Source: Succinivibrio sp. (GTDB lineage Bacteria > Actinomycetota > Coriobacteriia > Coriobacteriales > Eggerthellaceae). Taken from it: a stretch of DNA of 64,000 nucleotides. How positions within the stretch are numbered: the first letter of the stretch is position 1; the number at the start of each line of letters is the position of its first letter. Of the stretch, positions 47,186 to 56,438 are shown piece after piece. The notes beneath the pieces are model-generated. The model worked only from the letters and a program-made list of their open reading frames with translations. It did no database searches and was not told the DNA's origin. The position numbers and the translations under genes are program-made. The DNA lies in NCBI GenBank assembly GCA_963643405.1, contig CAVIKC010000001.1, forward strand, positions 63,598 through 127,597, read 5' to 3'.

Positions 47186-49009
47186 CTACTCGACGGTTAC
47201 CGACTTGGCAAGGTTGCGCGGCTGGTCGACATCGCACCCGCGGGAAACCGCAACTGCTCGCGCGAGGAGCTGCAGAGGCACGCTGGCCGTGATGGGCATG
47301 AACGCATCTCGGACCTTAGGGATGTAGATAACGTGGTCGGCAACCTTCTTGATAGCCTCATCGCCTTCGGTTGCGATGGCAATGATCTTGGCACCGCGGC
47401 TCTTCGACTCCTCGAGGTTGGAAACCGTCTTATCGTAGGTAGCGCTCTGCGTCGCCACGGCAACAATCGGGAACCCGTCATCGAGCAAGGCGATGGGGCC
47501 ATGCTTCATCTCACCCGCGGCATAGGCCTCAGCATGGATGTAGCTTATTTCCTTGAGCTTCAAAGCCCCTTCGTAGCAAGTCGCTTCGCCCAGCCCGCGA
47601 CCGATGTAGAGCGTGGACTGGCGTCCATCGAAGAAGTGGGCGGCCTCATCGATAGCCGAAGTATCGTGAAGGATCTCCTCGATTTGGTCGGCAGTATCGG
47701 CCAACTCGCTGAACAGCATGCGAACCTGGTTCAGCGTGAGCTTGCCCTTGGCACGGCCGAGCAGCAGAGCCAGAAGCGTGAGGCTTACCACCTGGCCGAT
47801 GAACGACTTCGTGGAGGCAACCGCGATCTCCTTGTTGGCCTTTGTGTAGATCACGCCATCAGACTCTCGCGCCACAGGCGAGCCGATAACGTTGGTGATG
47901 CCGAAGACCTTGGCACCCTTGATACGCGCATCGCGGATAGCGGCAAGGGTATCGGCCGTCTCGCCCGACTGGGAAACGGCCACCACCAACGTGGTGGGCG
48001 TGATGATGGGATTGCGGTAGCGGAACTCGCTGGCAACCTCAACCTCGGTGGGGATGCGTGCCCAGCCCTCGATGAGGTTCTTGGCGATAAGGCCAGCATG
48101 GAACGAGGTGCCGCAGCCGATCAGGTACACGCGGTCAATGAAATTCAGTTCCTGGCGCGTAAGGGTAAGCTCGTCGATAGAGATCTCATGGCCGGACATT
48201 CGGCCGGCGAGCGTATCGCGCACCACGCGCGGCTGCTCATGGATCTCCTTCAGCATAAAATCAGGGTAACCGCCCTTTTCCGCCACATCGATGTCCCAAT
48301 CCACATGGGTAACCTCAGGCTGGATTGCCCTGCCTTGGGCATCGAAGTAATCGATATGGCTAGGGCTCATAACCGCGAACTGGCCATCGTCAAGGATCAC
48401 CACATCACGTGTGGCATCGATAAGGGCGATGATATCGGAGGCAACGTAGCTGCCCTCCGAGCCGGTACCCAGTACGATAGGGGAATCCTTGCGGGTAACC
48501 ACGATTTCATCGGGAGTATCAACGCAAATGGCTGCAAGGCCGTATGCACCCACCAAACGATCAGCCGCAGCACGGACCGCTTCAAGCAGATTACCCTCGT
48601 AGGCTTCCTCGATAAGGTGTGCGGCAACCTCGGTGTCGGTATCGGAGCTGAACACGTGCCCCTTGCCTTCAAGCTCGGAGCGGAGCTCGGCAAAGTTCTC
48701 GATGATGCCGTTATGCACCACGGCGATGCCGTCGGAACAACCGGTATGGGGGTGGGCATTGCGCTCGGAGGGAGCGCCGTGGGTAGCCCAACGGGTATGG
48801 CCGATGCCGCACGTACCCAGGCACATGTCGGGCTGCACGGCGTCCACCAACTCGGAAACTTTGCCAAGGCGCTTCACGATATTGATGGCATCGCCATCGT
48901 TCACTGCGATGCCCGCCGAGTCGTAACCGCGATACTCCAAACGCTTCAAGCCCTCCAGCAGCACCTGCTTTGCCTGGACAGAGCCTGTGAAGCCGACGAT
49001 TCCGCACAT
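47186..49009 (-). CDS. glmS: glutamine--fructose-6-phosphate aminotransferase (isomerizing)
   Basis: MCGIVGF Ntn cysteine, two SIS domains, C-terminal LAKSVTVE; 607 aa. Confidence 0.95.
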   Translation of the reverse strand: MCGIVGFTGSVQAKQVLLEGLKRLEYRGYDSAGIAVNDGDAINIVKRLGKVSELVDAVQPDMCLGTCGIGHTRWATHGAPSERNAHPHTGCSDGIAVVHNGIIENFAELRSELEGKGHVFSSDTDTEVAAHLIEEAYEGNLLEAVRAAADRLVGAYGLAAICVDTPDEIVVTRKDSPIVLGTGSEGSYVASDIIALIDATRDVVILDDGQFAVMSPSHIDYFDAQGRAIQPEVTHVDWDIDVAEKGGYPDFMLKEIHEQPRVVRDTLAGRMSGHEISIDELTLTRQELNFIDRVYLIGCGTSFHAGLIAKNLIEGWARIPTEVEVASEFRYRNPIITPTTLVVAVSQSGETADTLAAIRDARIKGAKVFGITNVIGSPVARESDGVIYTKANKEIAVASTKSFIGQVVSLTLLALLLGRAKGKLTLNQVRMLFSELADTADQIEEILHDTSAIDEAAHFFDGRQSTLYIGRGLGEATCYEGALKLKEISYIHAEAYAAGEMKHGPIALLDDGFPIVAVATQSATYDKTVSNLEESKSRGAKIIAIATEGDEAIKKVADHVIYIPKVRDAFMPITASVPLQLLARAVAVSRGCDVDQPRNLAKSVTVE

Positions 49010-49110
49010 ATAGAAACCCCCATGAACTAGAGAATTGGCATTGATTGAGCGCGTTAATTCTACCGTATGCCCGGTTACCTGCTCATTAACGGCACCATGG
49101 CTCCATAACG

Positions 49111-49143
49111 AAAAGCACCCTGCAGCGTATAACCACAGGGCGC
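49111..49143 (-). terminator. rho-independent terminator of the second Fe-ADH gene
   Basis: On the minus strand, GCGCCCTG...CAGGGTGC is followed by TTTTCGTT, 23 nt after the stop. Confidence 0.6.
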
Positions 49144-49165
49144 TTCAAGGGACATGGACTGTCCG

Positions 49166-50365
49166 TTAAAGGGCGCTTCGGTAGATTGAGCGCGCATCGT
49201 CAAGGTTTATCGGCTTGAAGCAGCCGAACACCTCGCCCTTGTTTTGGCGCAACCCAGGGATGAATCTCTCGATATCGGCCTCCTTTATCCCGAAGTCGCC
49301 CAAGGTGCGCGGCATGCCCAACGAGGCGAAGAAATCTTGCAGGGCCTCTATGCCGTCTCGCGCCGCCTTGTCCATCGCCTGGTCGGAGGCATCCTCCGGC
49401 TCGATCCCGAACACGGCGTAGGCGAATTCCGCGAACCGGGCAACATCATTGGAATAGACATAGCGCATCCACGCCGGCATGATAACCGCCAAACCCGCAC
49501 CATGCGTGATGGAGACATCGAAAGCGGAGAGCTCATGCTCCAGGCCGTGGCTTGCCCAGTCGCCAACTCGCGCCCCATGCTTGCGGCCGATGCCTGCGAT
49601 GCCGTTGTGCGCCAGCGTGCCCGCCCACATAATGTTCGCACGAGCATCGTAATCGGCAGGAGACTGCATCACCGTTCGAGCGGAAGCCATAATAGCGCGC
49701 AAGAGCCCTGTGGCAATGTTGTCGGTAACGGGAACCGGGCCTGCACCGCTGAAGTAACGCTCCATGATGTGCGCCATCATGTCAGTAACGCCGGCGGCGG
49801 TTTGGTACGGAGGCAGCGTGAAGGTAAGCTCCGGATCCATGAAGGCCGCAATAGGACGGATGATGTCAGATCCCATGCCGCTCTTCAAACCAAGCTCGTC
49901 GTTGCTGATAACGCACGAATTCGAAGCCTCGGAACCTGCAGCCGGAATGGTGAGCACGCAGGCAACGGGCACGGTATGGGTGATAGGCGCCTTCTTGCAT
50001 GAGAAGTCCCATGGGTCGCCATCGTAGTCGTAGGCAACGCCGACAGCCTTGGCACAGTCGATGACGCTGCCGCCGCCAACGGCGACGATAACGTCTACGC
50101 CCTGCTTGCGCGCAATGGAAACGCCTTCGCGAACGCTGGAAACCTCAGGGTTCGGGCGCACACCGCCCAGCTCGCACACACGCAGGCCGGCAGCCGCAAG
50201 TGAGTTCTTCACCCGATCGAGCGTTCCGCTCCTTACCACCGAACCCTTTCCGTAAACAACAAGGGCGCTCTTGAAGCCCCTATCCGCAAGGTTGGAGCCG
50301 ACTCCATCGGTCACACCCTTCCCAAACACGAACTCGGTTGGCGAATAGAACGTGAAATCATTCAT
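49166..50365 (-). CDS. iron-containing alcohol dehydrogenase (butanol dehydrogenase/YqhD-like)
   Basis: GGGSVIDCAKA and HGLEHELSAFDVSITHGAG motifs; 399 aa. Confidence 0.9.
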   Translation of the reverse strand: MNDFTFYSPTEFVFGKGVTDGVGSNLADRGFKSALVVYGKGSVVRSGTLDRVKNSLAAAGLRVCELGGVRPNPEVSSVREGVSIARKQGVDVIVAVGGGSVIDCAKAVGVAYDYDGDPWDFSCKKAPITHTVPVACVLTIPAAGSEASNSCVISNDELGLKSGMGSDIIRPIAAFMDPELTFTLPPYQTAAGVTDMMAHIMERYFSGAGPVPVTDNIATGLLRAIMASARTVMQSPADYDARANIMWAGTLAHNGIAGIGRKHGARVGDWASHGLEHELSAFDVSITHGAGLAVIMPAWMRYVYSNDVARFAEFAYAVFGIEPEDASDQAMDKAARDGIEALQDFFASLGMPRTLGDFGIKEADIERFIPGLRQNKGEVFGCFKPINLDDARSIYRSAL

Positions 50366-50618
50366 AGCTGGTTCCCTTCCCTAATCCAATCAAAAGAATA
50401 CGCCGGAAAGACACACCCGAAAGCCTGCCCCACACGCACGGCGCCAGGTTATAGCTTTTCCTTTGCCTTAAGGTTAACGCTGGTTCCCAGTCGAAACGCG
50501 GGTAGCAGCCATTGAGGATTACCGAACCAATAGCTTTGCATTGAGTGAATCAATAGCTAATAGCGGAAATATCCCATCTGCGTCCTTTCAGCGAATCAAC
50601 CTTGTTACCATTGGCCAC

Positions 50619-51455
50619 ATGGATAATCGCGGTAAACATCAACCCAAAGGAAGCCAGCAACAAGCAGGGCATGGCTTCCCCAGCGCGCCCATAGCAGTCA
50701 TAGCCGTCACGGTAGCCCTTTTGATAGGCATAGCGATCGGCGGGAGCAGCTGCTCCTCTTCCCCCGGCTACAACTGGGAGAACCTAGAGAACGAGAACGG
50801 CCGCATGGTGTACTACGAAGACGGCGATGCCGTCTCTGCCACCGGCATAGATGTGTCGGATCTCCAAGGCGACATCGACTGGTACGCGGTGAAAAGCGAC
50901 GGCGTGGACTTCGCCATGCTACGCTGCGGCCGCCGCGGGCAAACCGAAGGCGGCCTGTACACCGATTCGAGGTTCTTCCAAAACGTAACAGGCGCAACCC
51001 AAGCTGGGCTGCCTTTCGGTGTGTACTTCTACTCCCAAGCAGTGAACGAGCAGGAGGCCAAAGAAGAAGCCGAATATGTTCTGAGCCTGATAAACGGCTG
51101 CGGCGTGCGATATCCCGTGGTGTACGACCAGGAAAACGTCACCGGTGCCGAAGCGCGCGCCAACGGACTTTCCAGCGAGCAACTGACAAAGAACGCGCAA
51201 ACGTTCTGCAGCACCGTGAGAAACGCTGGCTATACTCCCATGATCTACGGCAACCAGTACGACCTAAGCCGCCTGAGCGTAAGCCAGCTCGAGTGCTCGA
51301 TTTGGTATGCCGAATACGACTGCAAGCACCCCACCAGCACGTTCCACGACCTTATCATGTGGCAGTATTCACACACCGGCACGGTTTCCGGGGTGAGCAC
51401 TCAGGTAGACCTGAACATCCTGTTCCCAAACAATTGGATCACCCCGGAACGCTAA
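50619..51455 (+). CDS. GH25 family muramidase (lysozyme) with N-terminal membrane anchor
   Basis: GH25 blocks GIDVSDLQGDIDW and DFAMLRCG, with a DxE-like region (VVYDQEN). TM helix IAVIAVTVALLIGIAIG. The start is uncertain (ATG 50619, or TTG 50541 as in the ORF track). Confidence 0.82.
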   Translation: MDNRGKHQPKGSQQQAGHGFPSAPIAVIAVTVALLIGIAIGGSSCSSSPGYNWENLENENGRMVYYEDGDAVSATGIDVSDLQGDIDWYAVKSDGVDFAMLRCGRRGQTEGGLYTDSRFFQNVTGATQAGLPFGVYFYSQAVNEQEAKEEAEYVLSLINGCGVRYPVVYDQENVTGAEARANGLSSEQLTKNAQTFCSTVRNAGYTPMIYGNQYDLSRLSVSQLECSIWYAEYDCKHPTSTFHDLIMWQYSHTGTVSGVSTQVDLNILFPNNWITPER

Positions 51456-51627
51456 ATCGGGGTTGTGCCGCATTGAGAACCTTCCGATCCCACCGGCAAA
51501 ATTGCGAGCAAGCAGTATCTTGCAATGAGTCGAGGGGCCGAAAGCCCCTCGAAAAAGTACGTAAATCCCACTGGGTAGGATCAAGCTCAGAACGCCGATC
51601 GAATACGGCGAACGCAGGCAGTTGCAC

Positions 51628-52686
51628 CTACTCGGCCTTCTCCACGAAGTTGGCGTTGGCAAGGATCCAGCCAGCTGCCTTCATCCTGGCAGCGCCTTCC
51701 TTCAGAAGCGGACCGCGGCCCGACTTCTGCATGGCCTCAAGCGCTTCTTCCTCACGGCCAGGAGCGATGTTCTTCATGGCAACGATCATATCGGCAGGCT
51801 CGAGCTTCAGCCCCTCATGACGGAAGATCGCATCAAGAATGAAGCCCTGAAGCAGCTGATTGCCCGCTTGGGCGGAAAGGTTCTTGCGCACCTCTTCTTC
51901 GGTAAGGTTCTGCTGGGCGTAGAAAGCCTCGAGCTGAATGCCCTCCGACGCAAGCTGGGAAAGGAAGGTCTCGAACAGCTCCTGCGTCATTATCTCGATC
52001 ATCTTGTCGGACACCTCGCCCGTGAAACGCTTGGCGTACTCTTCCATGGCAGCCGCCATCTTCGCCTGCTCGTAACGGCTGGCAAGCTCCTCTTCGGAAG
52101 TGGCACGGAAGGTGTTGCGCAGCTCTTCGACGGTAGAGATGTTCATGGGCTTCAGGTTCTCGGCAACCCATTCATCGCTGATCTCGGGAACCTCAAGCGC
52201 TGGGTCGTCGGCGCCAACGCCCTGCTTGGCGGCGGAGAATTGGCGAACCAGCATGGAAACCTGCTCGTCGATGTCAGCCTCGTTCACGCGGGGCTTGGGT
52301 TGGATGGAAACCGTGACGGGCTCGTAGGTGGAAAGCTCGAACTCAGGCTTCACCAGCACCGTCATATCGAACGAGAACATCTTGTCGGGTTCGGGCGTTT
52401 CGTCCGATTCGATGCCGTAGGTAGAAATGGGCAGGCAACCGTGCTTTTCCAGCGCAAACGGAACAAGGTAATTGATGATGGCAGTGTAGATGGCGTGTTG
52501 AGCGTCCTCTTCGCCCAGGGCGTTCACGATCTTCTGCTGCGAGGTTTCGCCTTCCTGATTTTCCAGCTGGTACTGCAGCACAAACGAATCCAGGCCGTCG
52601 GTGAATGCCTTGCCCATTTCCGCGGCGGAGGCGGAGATACGCAGACGAACCTCTTCGCCGTTGTCCTTCAAATTCTCTATCTTCAT
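51628..52686 (-). CDS. trigger-factor-like chaperone lacking the PPIase domain
   Basis: It aligns by eye with the trigger factor N-domain (KPEFELSTYEPVTVSI..ADIDEQVSMLVRQ) and C-domain. The roughly 100-aa FKBP insert and the GFRxGxxP motif are absent; 352 aa. Confidence 0.78.
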   Translation of the reverse strand: MKIENLKDNGEEVRLRISASAAEMGKAFTDGLDSFVLQYQLENQEGETSQQKIVNALGEEDAQHAIYTAIINYLVPFALEKHGCLPISTYGIESDETPEPDKMFSFDMTVLVKPEFELSTYEPVTVSIQPKPRVNEADIDEQVSMLVRQFSAAKQGVGADDPALEVPEISDEWVAENLKPMNISTVEELRNTFRATSEEELASRYEQAKMAAAMEEYAKRFTGEVSDKMIEIMTQELFETFLSQLASEGIQLEAFYAQQNLTEEEVRKNLSAQAGNQLLQGFILDAIFRHEGLKLEPADMIVAMKNIAPGREEEALEAMQKSGRGPLLKEGAARMKAAGWILANANFVEKAE

Positions 52687-52824
52687 GGGGTTCCTTTCTT
52701 TGGAAGCAGTGCGGCCGCCATTACATGGCTTGCCATAATCTTAGGTAAACTGTTCTGGCGCCCTTGAGCGCTGCGCGGTTCTACCGCGAAAAGGGCCGGA
52801 TCGTCTACGAAAGGGGCTCTATCC

Positions 52825-53142
52825 GTGATTAACGACGATAACGAAACCAGCGAAAAGCGCTATACCCTGCGCCCCACCTTCACTCCCCTGCCAAGCAAAG
52901 CCGCTGCACGCGGGAACCACAGAGCACCAACGATCGAAGAACAGCCGAAAGCGAGCAAACCGCACACCAACCGCCCCACAACATCTTCGGATGCCCATAA
53001 AGCCACCACCTCACCCTGTGGGGCATCGTCAAGCAGCCCGATCCGGGCAGCCAACGAGGACGACGATCTATACGACCCGTACTCCGACTACCACGACGGA
53101 ACCCTGAAAGCCGCCGAATTCGAGGAAGACCCTTGGCGCTAG
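52825..53142 (+). CDS. hypothetical low-complexity protein
   Basis: 105-aa GTG-start ORF, Pro/Ser/Thr/Ala-rich with an acidic aromatic C-terminus (DLYDPYSDYHDG). GC3 bias is consistent with coding. I recognise no family. Confidence 0.35.
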   Translation: MINDDNETSEKRYTLRPTFTPLPSKAAARGNHRAPTIEEQPKASKPHTNRPTTSSDAHKATTSPCGASSSSPIRAANEDDDLYDPYSDYHDGTLKAAEFEEDPWR

Positions 53143-53271
53143 CCGCCCTGCCATCAGAAGCCAAAAGGATTCCAGACGCTAGCCGTTGCAAAAGCCCCGC
53201 TACCCGGAAAAGCATGCCGCTCACAACGACTCACACATGCTGCTAGCCACCCAACGAACCCCCAGAACAGC

Positions 53272-53296
53272 AAAAAAACCCGCTCCGGGGAGCGGG
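53272..53296 (-). terminator. rho-independent terminator of the infC-rpmI-rplT operon
   Basis: On the minus strand, CCCGCTC-cccg-GAGCGGG is followed by TTTTTTT. Confidence 0.65.
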
Positions 53297-53320
53297 CTTC
53301 AAAAGCTTGGAAGCTGAAGA

Positions 53321-53674
53321 CTACAGAGCCTTCTTGGCAACCTCGACCAGGGAAGCAAATGCCTCGGGGTCGTTGATGGCCATATCGGAGAGAACCTTGC
53401 GGTCCAGCTCGACGCCAGCCTTCTTCAGGCCGTTCATGAACACGGAGTAGGAAAGGCCGTTGATGCGAGCTGCAGCGTTGATGCGGGTGATCCAGAGACG
53501 GCGGATCTCTCGCTTCTTTGCACGACGATCGCGGTACTGGTACTGGAGCGAATGCTGAACCTGTTCCTTCGCAGCGCGATAGGAGCGGGACTTTGCACCG
53601 TAATAACCCTTTGCACGGTTGAGAACGGTACGGCGCTTCTTATGAGCGGATACTGCGCGCTTTACACGAGGCAT
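53321..53674 (-). CDS. rplT: 50S ribosomal protein L20
   Basis: [15 protein letters not shown]...; 117 aa. Confidence 0.96.
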   Translation of the reverse strand: MPRVKRAVSAHKKRRTVLNRAKGYYGAKSRSYRAAKEQVQHSLQYQYRDRRAKKREIRRLWITRINAAARINGLSYSVFMNGLKKAGVELDRKVLSDMAINDPEAFASLVEVAKKAL

Positions 53675-53692
53675 ACTGAATTCCTCCCTTTA

Positions 53693-53890
53693 CTATCGAA
53701 GACCAAGATTGCGTGCGATTACCTTCTTGTCGGCTGCAGCAACCTCAGTTTCGTGACGGAAATTACGCTTACGCTTCTGGCTCTTCTTGGTCAGAATGTG
53801 AGACTTGTAAGCCTTGGAGCGCATGATCTTACCGGAGCCGGTAACGCGGAAGCGCTTTGCGGTGCCGGAATGAGTCTTCATCTTGGGCAT
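53693..53890 (-). CDS. rpmI: 50S ribosomal protein L35
   Basis: [21 protein letters not shown]; 65 aa. Its start overlaps the infC stop (TAATG). Confidence 0.96.
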   Translation of the reverse strand: MPKMKTHSGTAKRFRVTGSGKIMRSKAYKSHILTKKSQKRKRNFRHETEVAAADKKVIARNLGLR

Positions 53891-54453
53891 TATTTGTCCT
53901 TCCCTTGTTCTTCCTTCTTTTTCTTCACCGCCGCGGGCAACGGGGCGATGAGCATATGCATGTTGCGGCCTTCCATCTTAGGCTGGTTTTCGATAACCGC
54001 TACATCCTTAAGATCATCGGCCAGACGTTCCAGGATGCTCAGGCCCTGTTCGGGATGAGACATCTCACGACCACGGAACATGATGGTGATCTTGACCTTG
54101 GAACCTGCCTCCAAGAAGCGAAGCACGTGCTTCTTCTTGGTGGTGTAGTCGCCCACATCGATCTTCGGGCGGAACTTCATTTCCTTGGTTTCAACCTTGC
54201 TCTGGTTCTTTCGAGCCTGCTTGGCCTTGATAGCCTGATCGTACTTGAACTTACCGTAGTCCATGATGCGACATACCGGCGGCTTGGCCTGAGGCGCGAT
54301 CTCAACCAAGTCATAGCCCTGGTCATCGGCGATGCGCTGGGCTTGCTCGATGGGATAGATCCCCAACTGCGACCCATCATAGGCGATCAGGCGGCATTCT
54401 TTGACCCTGATTGCGTCATTGAGCCTTGGTTCTTGAGCTGCTATGGTGCCCAC
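53890..54453 (-). CDS. infC: translation initiation factor IF-3 (non-AUG start)
   Basis: IF-3 N- and C-domains ([15 protein letters not shown] ... [15 protein letters not shown] ... [10 protein letters not shown]). There is no in-frame ATG between the leader hairpin and the conserved N-domain. GAAGGAGG precedes GTG 54453 and ATA 54444. Confidence 0.9.
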   Translation of the reverse strand: MGTIAAQEPRLNDAIRVKECRLIAYDGSQLGIYPIEQAQRIADDQGYDLVEIAPQAKPPVCRIMDYGKFKYDQAIKAKQARKNQSKVETKEMKFRPKIDVGDYTTKKKHVLRFLEAGSKVKITIMFRGREMSHPEQGLSILERLADDLKDVAVIENQPKMEGRNMHMLIAPLPAAVKKKKEEQGKDK

Positions 54454-54502
54454 CTCCTTCTTCCTGTGTTTGGTGCTACCATGCACGAACCATTCTGCGC
54501 TG

Positions 54503-54537
54503 AAAAAAGAAAAACCTGCGATCACTCAGATTGCAGG
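54503..54537 (-). terminator. terminator/attenuator hairpin in the infC leader
   Basis: On the minus strand, CCTGCAAT-ctgagtg-ATCGCAGG (one internal mismatch) is followed by TTTTTCTTTTTT. It lies about 50 nt upstream of the infC start and about 340 nt downstream of the kinase stop. Confidence 0.5.
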
Positions 54538-54878
54538 CCACACAAAACCTCTTGCAAGCAAGAACGGTATTCACATGACCCATCAGCAACCGAAAGCGCC
54601 GATCTGGGTGGAAGCAGATGCTTCTCTTGAAACAGCTTTAGTAGAATACCATTCCCCACCGCCCTGTAAAGAGGAAATTCGCACATTTTGAAAAAGCACC
54701 TTATGGTGCGGTGAATGCGGCGCAGTGGAGGCGATGCGGCCTGGCACGTCCCAAAAAAGGCGTAGACCTGGACAGAGCCCGCGTCCGCACAATTTGGGCG
54801 CTGCGGCGCAGGGCTGAGTCCGGGCATACCGCATGTACAGAGAAGAACGGTTAGCCTCCAAGCCCCGCAGGCAAAGCA

Positions 54879-56438
54879 TCATACGACGCCGAGCTGGACG
54901 CAAAGCGACATTATTATCGCCAGGACCAGCGGGATGCCGAAAGCCACAACCAGGAATTCGGCCCAGAGCGGCCAACGGCACAAGCTGGGGAACTTTCGGC
55001 GCAGCAGCCGCCGGTCGGCAAGTTCGTAGCAGATGCAGGTAACGGAACCACCTAGGAAAAGCAGGTACTCCACCATCCGAACCCACAATGGATAACCGTA
55101 CTCAGGAACGTTTTCCTGCGGGAAAAAGCAGCAGGCAAGGCAGGACGCAACAACCAGCACCCATAGCAAGCCCAAGACAACATCCCAGGCTAAACCTACA
55201 TCGATAGGAACGCGGTTTGCGGCAGCGAAGATGCGGCCACTCAAGCCCTTGCGAGGCTGACTGGCAACCGAGACGGCGGTAGGGGCCGCTTCGTCAACAG
55301 GAGCAGCAAACTTGGCGGTAGAGTCCACCTCCCCTTCAGCTGCGCCGTCAACCTCCGCATTTGCAGCACCGCCACAGCACGAAGCGGGAGATTGGGTCGC
55401 AACCTGCGGACTATCCGTACCAGGCATAACAACGAGTATCCCGCTGCCAATAGAGGAGTTGCCGCCTAAGCGGGTTCGGTACACTTTGGCCGCCTGCAGA
55501 AATGCCCGCTCGAGCGCAGATGCGCTCACGTAGCGTGCGGCAGGGTCGAAAGCGCAGGCAACCGAAATAACCTCAGAGAACTCAGGCGGAACCGAAGGGC
55601 AAGCAAAACCCCGCTTTCGATCCTCGGCCTTCGCCGCACGCTCGGTAAGCAGATAGAAAAGCAGCATGCCAAGCGAATACACATCGCTGCGCACATCGGT
55701 CTGCCCGAACCCGAATTGCTCGGGCGGTGCATATTCGCGGGTGCCAAAACGCACGGTGTCCGAATCGGAGCCCTCGTTGTACACGCGGGCAATCCCGAAA
55801 TCTATCAGGGTAACCCTATCCCAGGAAAGTATGACATTCGAGGGCTTCAAGTCGCGATGGATGATGGGCGGGCTGAAGGATTCGTGCAGCTCGCATACCG
55901 CACGGCACACCAAGGGAAACACTCTTTCGGCAAGCTCCGGCGATGCGCCGCACCTGCGCACGGCATCTTTCATGGTTTCGCCCTGCACGTATTCCATCAA
56001 TACGACCAGCTCGTCCTTCAGCTCGTAGCAGTCGTAGATGCGCGGCAGATACCGAAACGCTCGGCCGCTTCCCCACGCGTCGAAGATAGTGGGATACGCA
56101 GAGCCAAGGCCTGTTCCCAAATGCAGCTTCTTGCGGACAAGCGGACCCCCGGAAGCCCCCTTGCCGGCGGAACAAACAACCTTTTCCGTAACCTCGAACT
56201 CGGTTTGCTTCAGGGTTTGAAGCACCTGGATTTCATCGTCATGCTCGATGGCCGCAAGGAACGCGGCAAGCTCATCTTCGGTGCCTGTGAGTCCCCCGCT
56301 GCGGTGGCCATAAGGCGATGGCCCATCGACAGAACAAGCATTCTGCGCACAAAAGCGACCCCGCCGTTCTTCGGAACAGGCAGGGTCGCTGACCGCAAGA
56401 TCATGCCCTCTGGACTCATAGAAACGCGTCTTGCTCAT
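54879..56438 (-). CDS. Hanks-type serine/threonine protein kinase with C-terminal multi-TM region
   Basis: GKGASG loop, VRKK lysine, HRDLKPSN, DFGIAR and GTREYAPPE, followed by an Ala-rich linker and 3-4 hydrophobic helices; 519 aa. Confidence 0.88.
   Translation of the reverse strand: MSKTRFYESRGHDLAVSDPACSEERRGRFCAQNACSVDGPSPYGHRSGGLTGTEDELAAFLAAIEHDDEIQVLQTLKQTEFEVTEKVVCSAGKGASGGPLVRKKLHLGTGLGSAYPTIFDAWGSGRAFRYLPRIYDCYELKDELVVLMEYVQGETMKDAVRRCGASPELAERVFPLVCRAVCELHESFSPPIIHRDLKPSNVILSWDRVTLIDFGIARVYNEGSDSDTVRFGTREYAPPEQFGFGQTDVRSDVYSLGMLLFYLLTERAAKAEDRKRGFACPSVPPEFSEVISVACAFDPAARYVSASALERAFLQAAKVYRTRLGGNSSIGSGILVVMPGTDSPQVATQSPASCCGGAANAEVDGAAEGEVDSTAKFAAPVDEAAPTAVSVASQPRKGLSGRIFAAANRVPIDVGLAWDVVLGLLWVLVVASCLACCFFPQENVPEYGYPLWVRMVEYLLFLGGSVTCICYELADRRLLRRKFPSLCRWPLWAEFLVVAFGIPLVLAIIMSLCVQLGVV

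Noticed and set aside
47171-49030. 619-aa plus-strand ORF antisense to glmS, and similar shadows at 14568-15626, 2967-4106, 10074-11504 and 42797-43669
   Set aside because: Each one overlaps a confidently identified gene on the opposite strand, and none has recognisable motifs or an RBS.
49010-49165. Possible glmS ribozyme in the glmS 5' region (an AGCGCC string resembling the cleavage site)
   Set aside because: The AGCGCC lies in the 5' arm of a hairpin followed by UUUUCGUU, which is the intrinsic terminator of the upstream Fe-ADH gene. The conserved ribozyme core sequences are absent, and the remaining leader is too short.
54583-55086. 167-aa minus-strand ORF spanning the infC leader and the kinase 3' end
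   Set aside because: It overlaps the kinase coding frame, and its product is Pro/Arg/Ala-rich low-complexity with no start signals. I treat it as non-coding leader.
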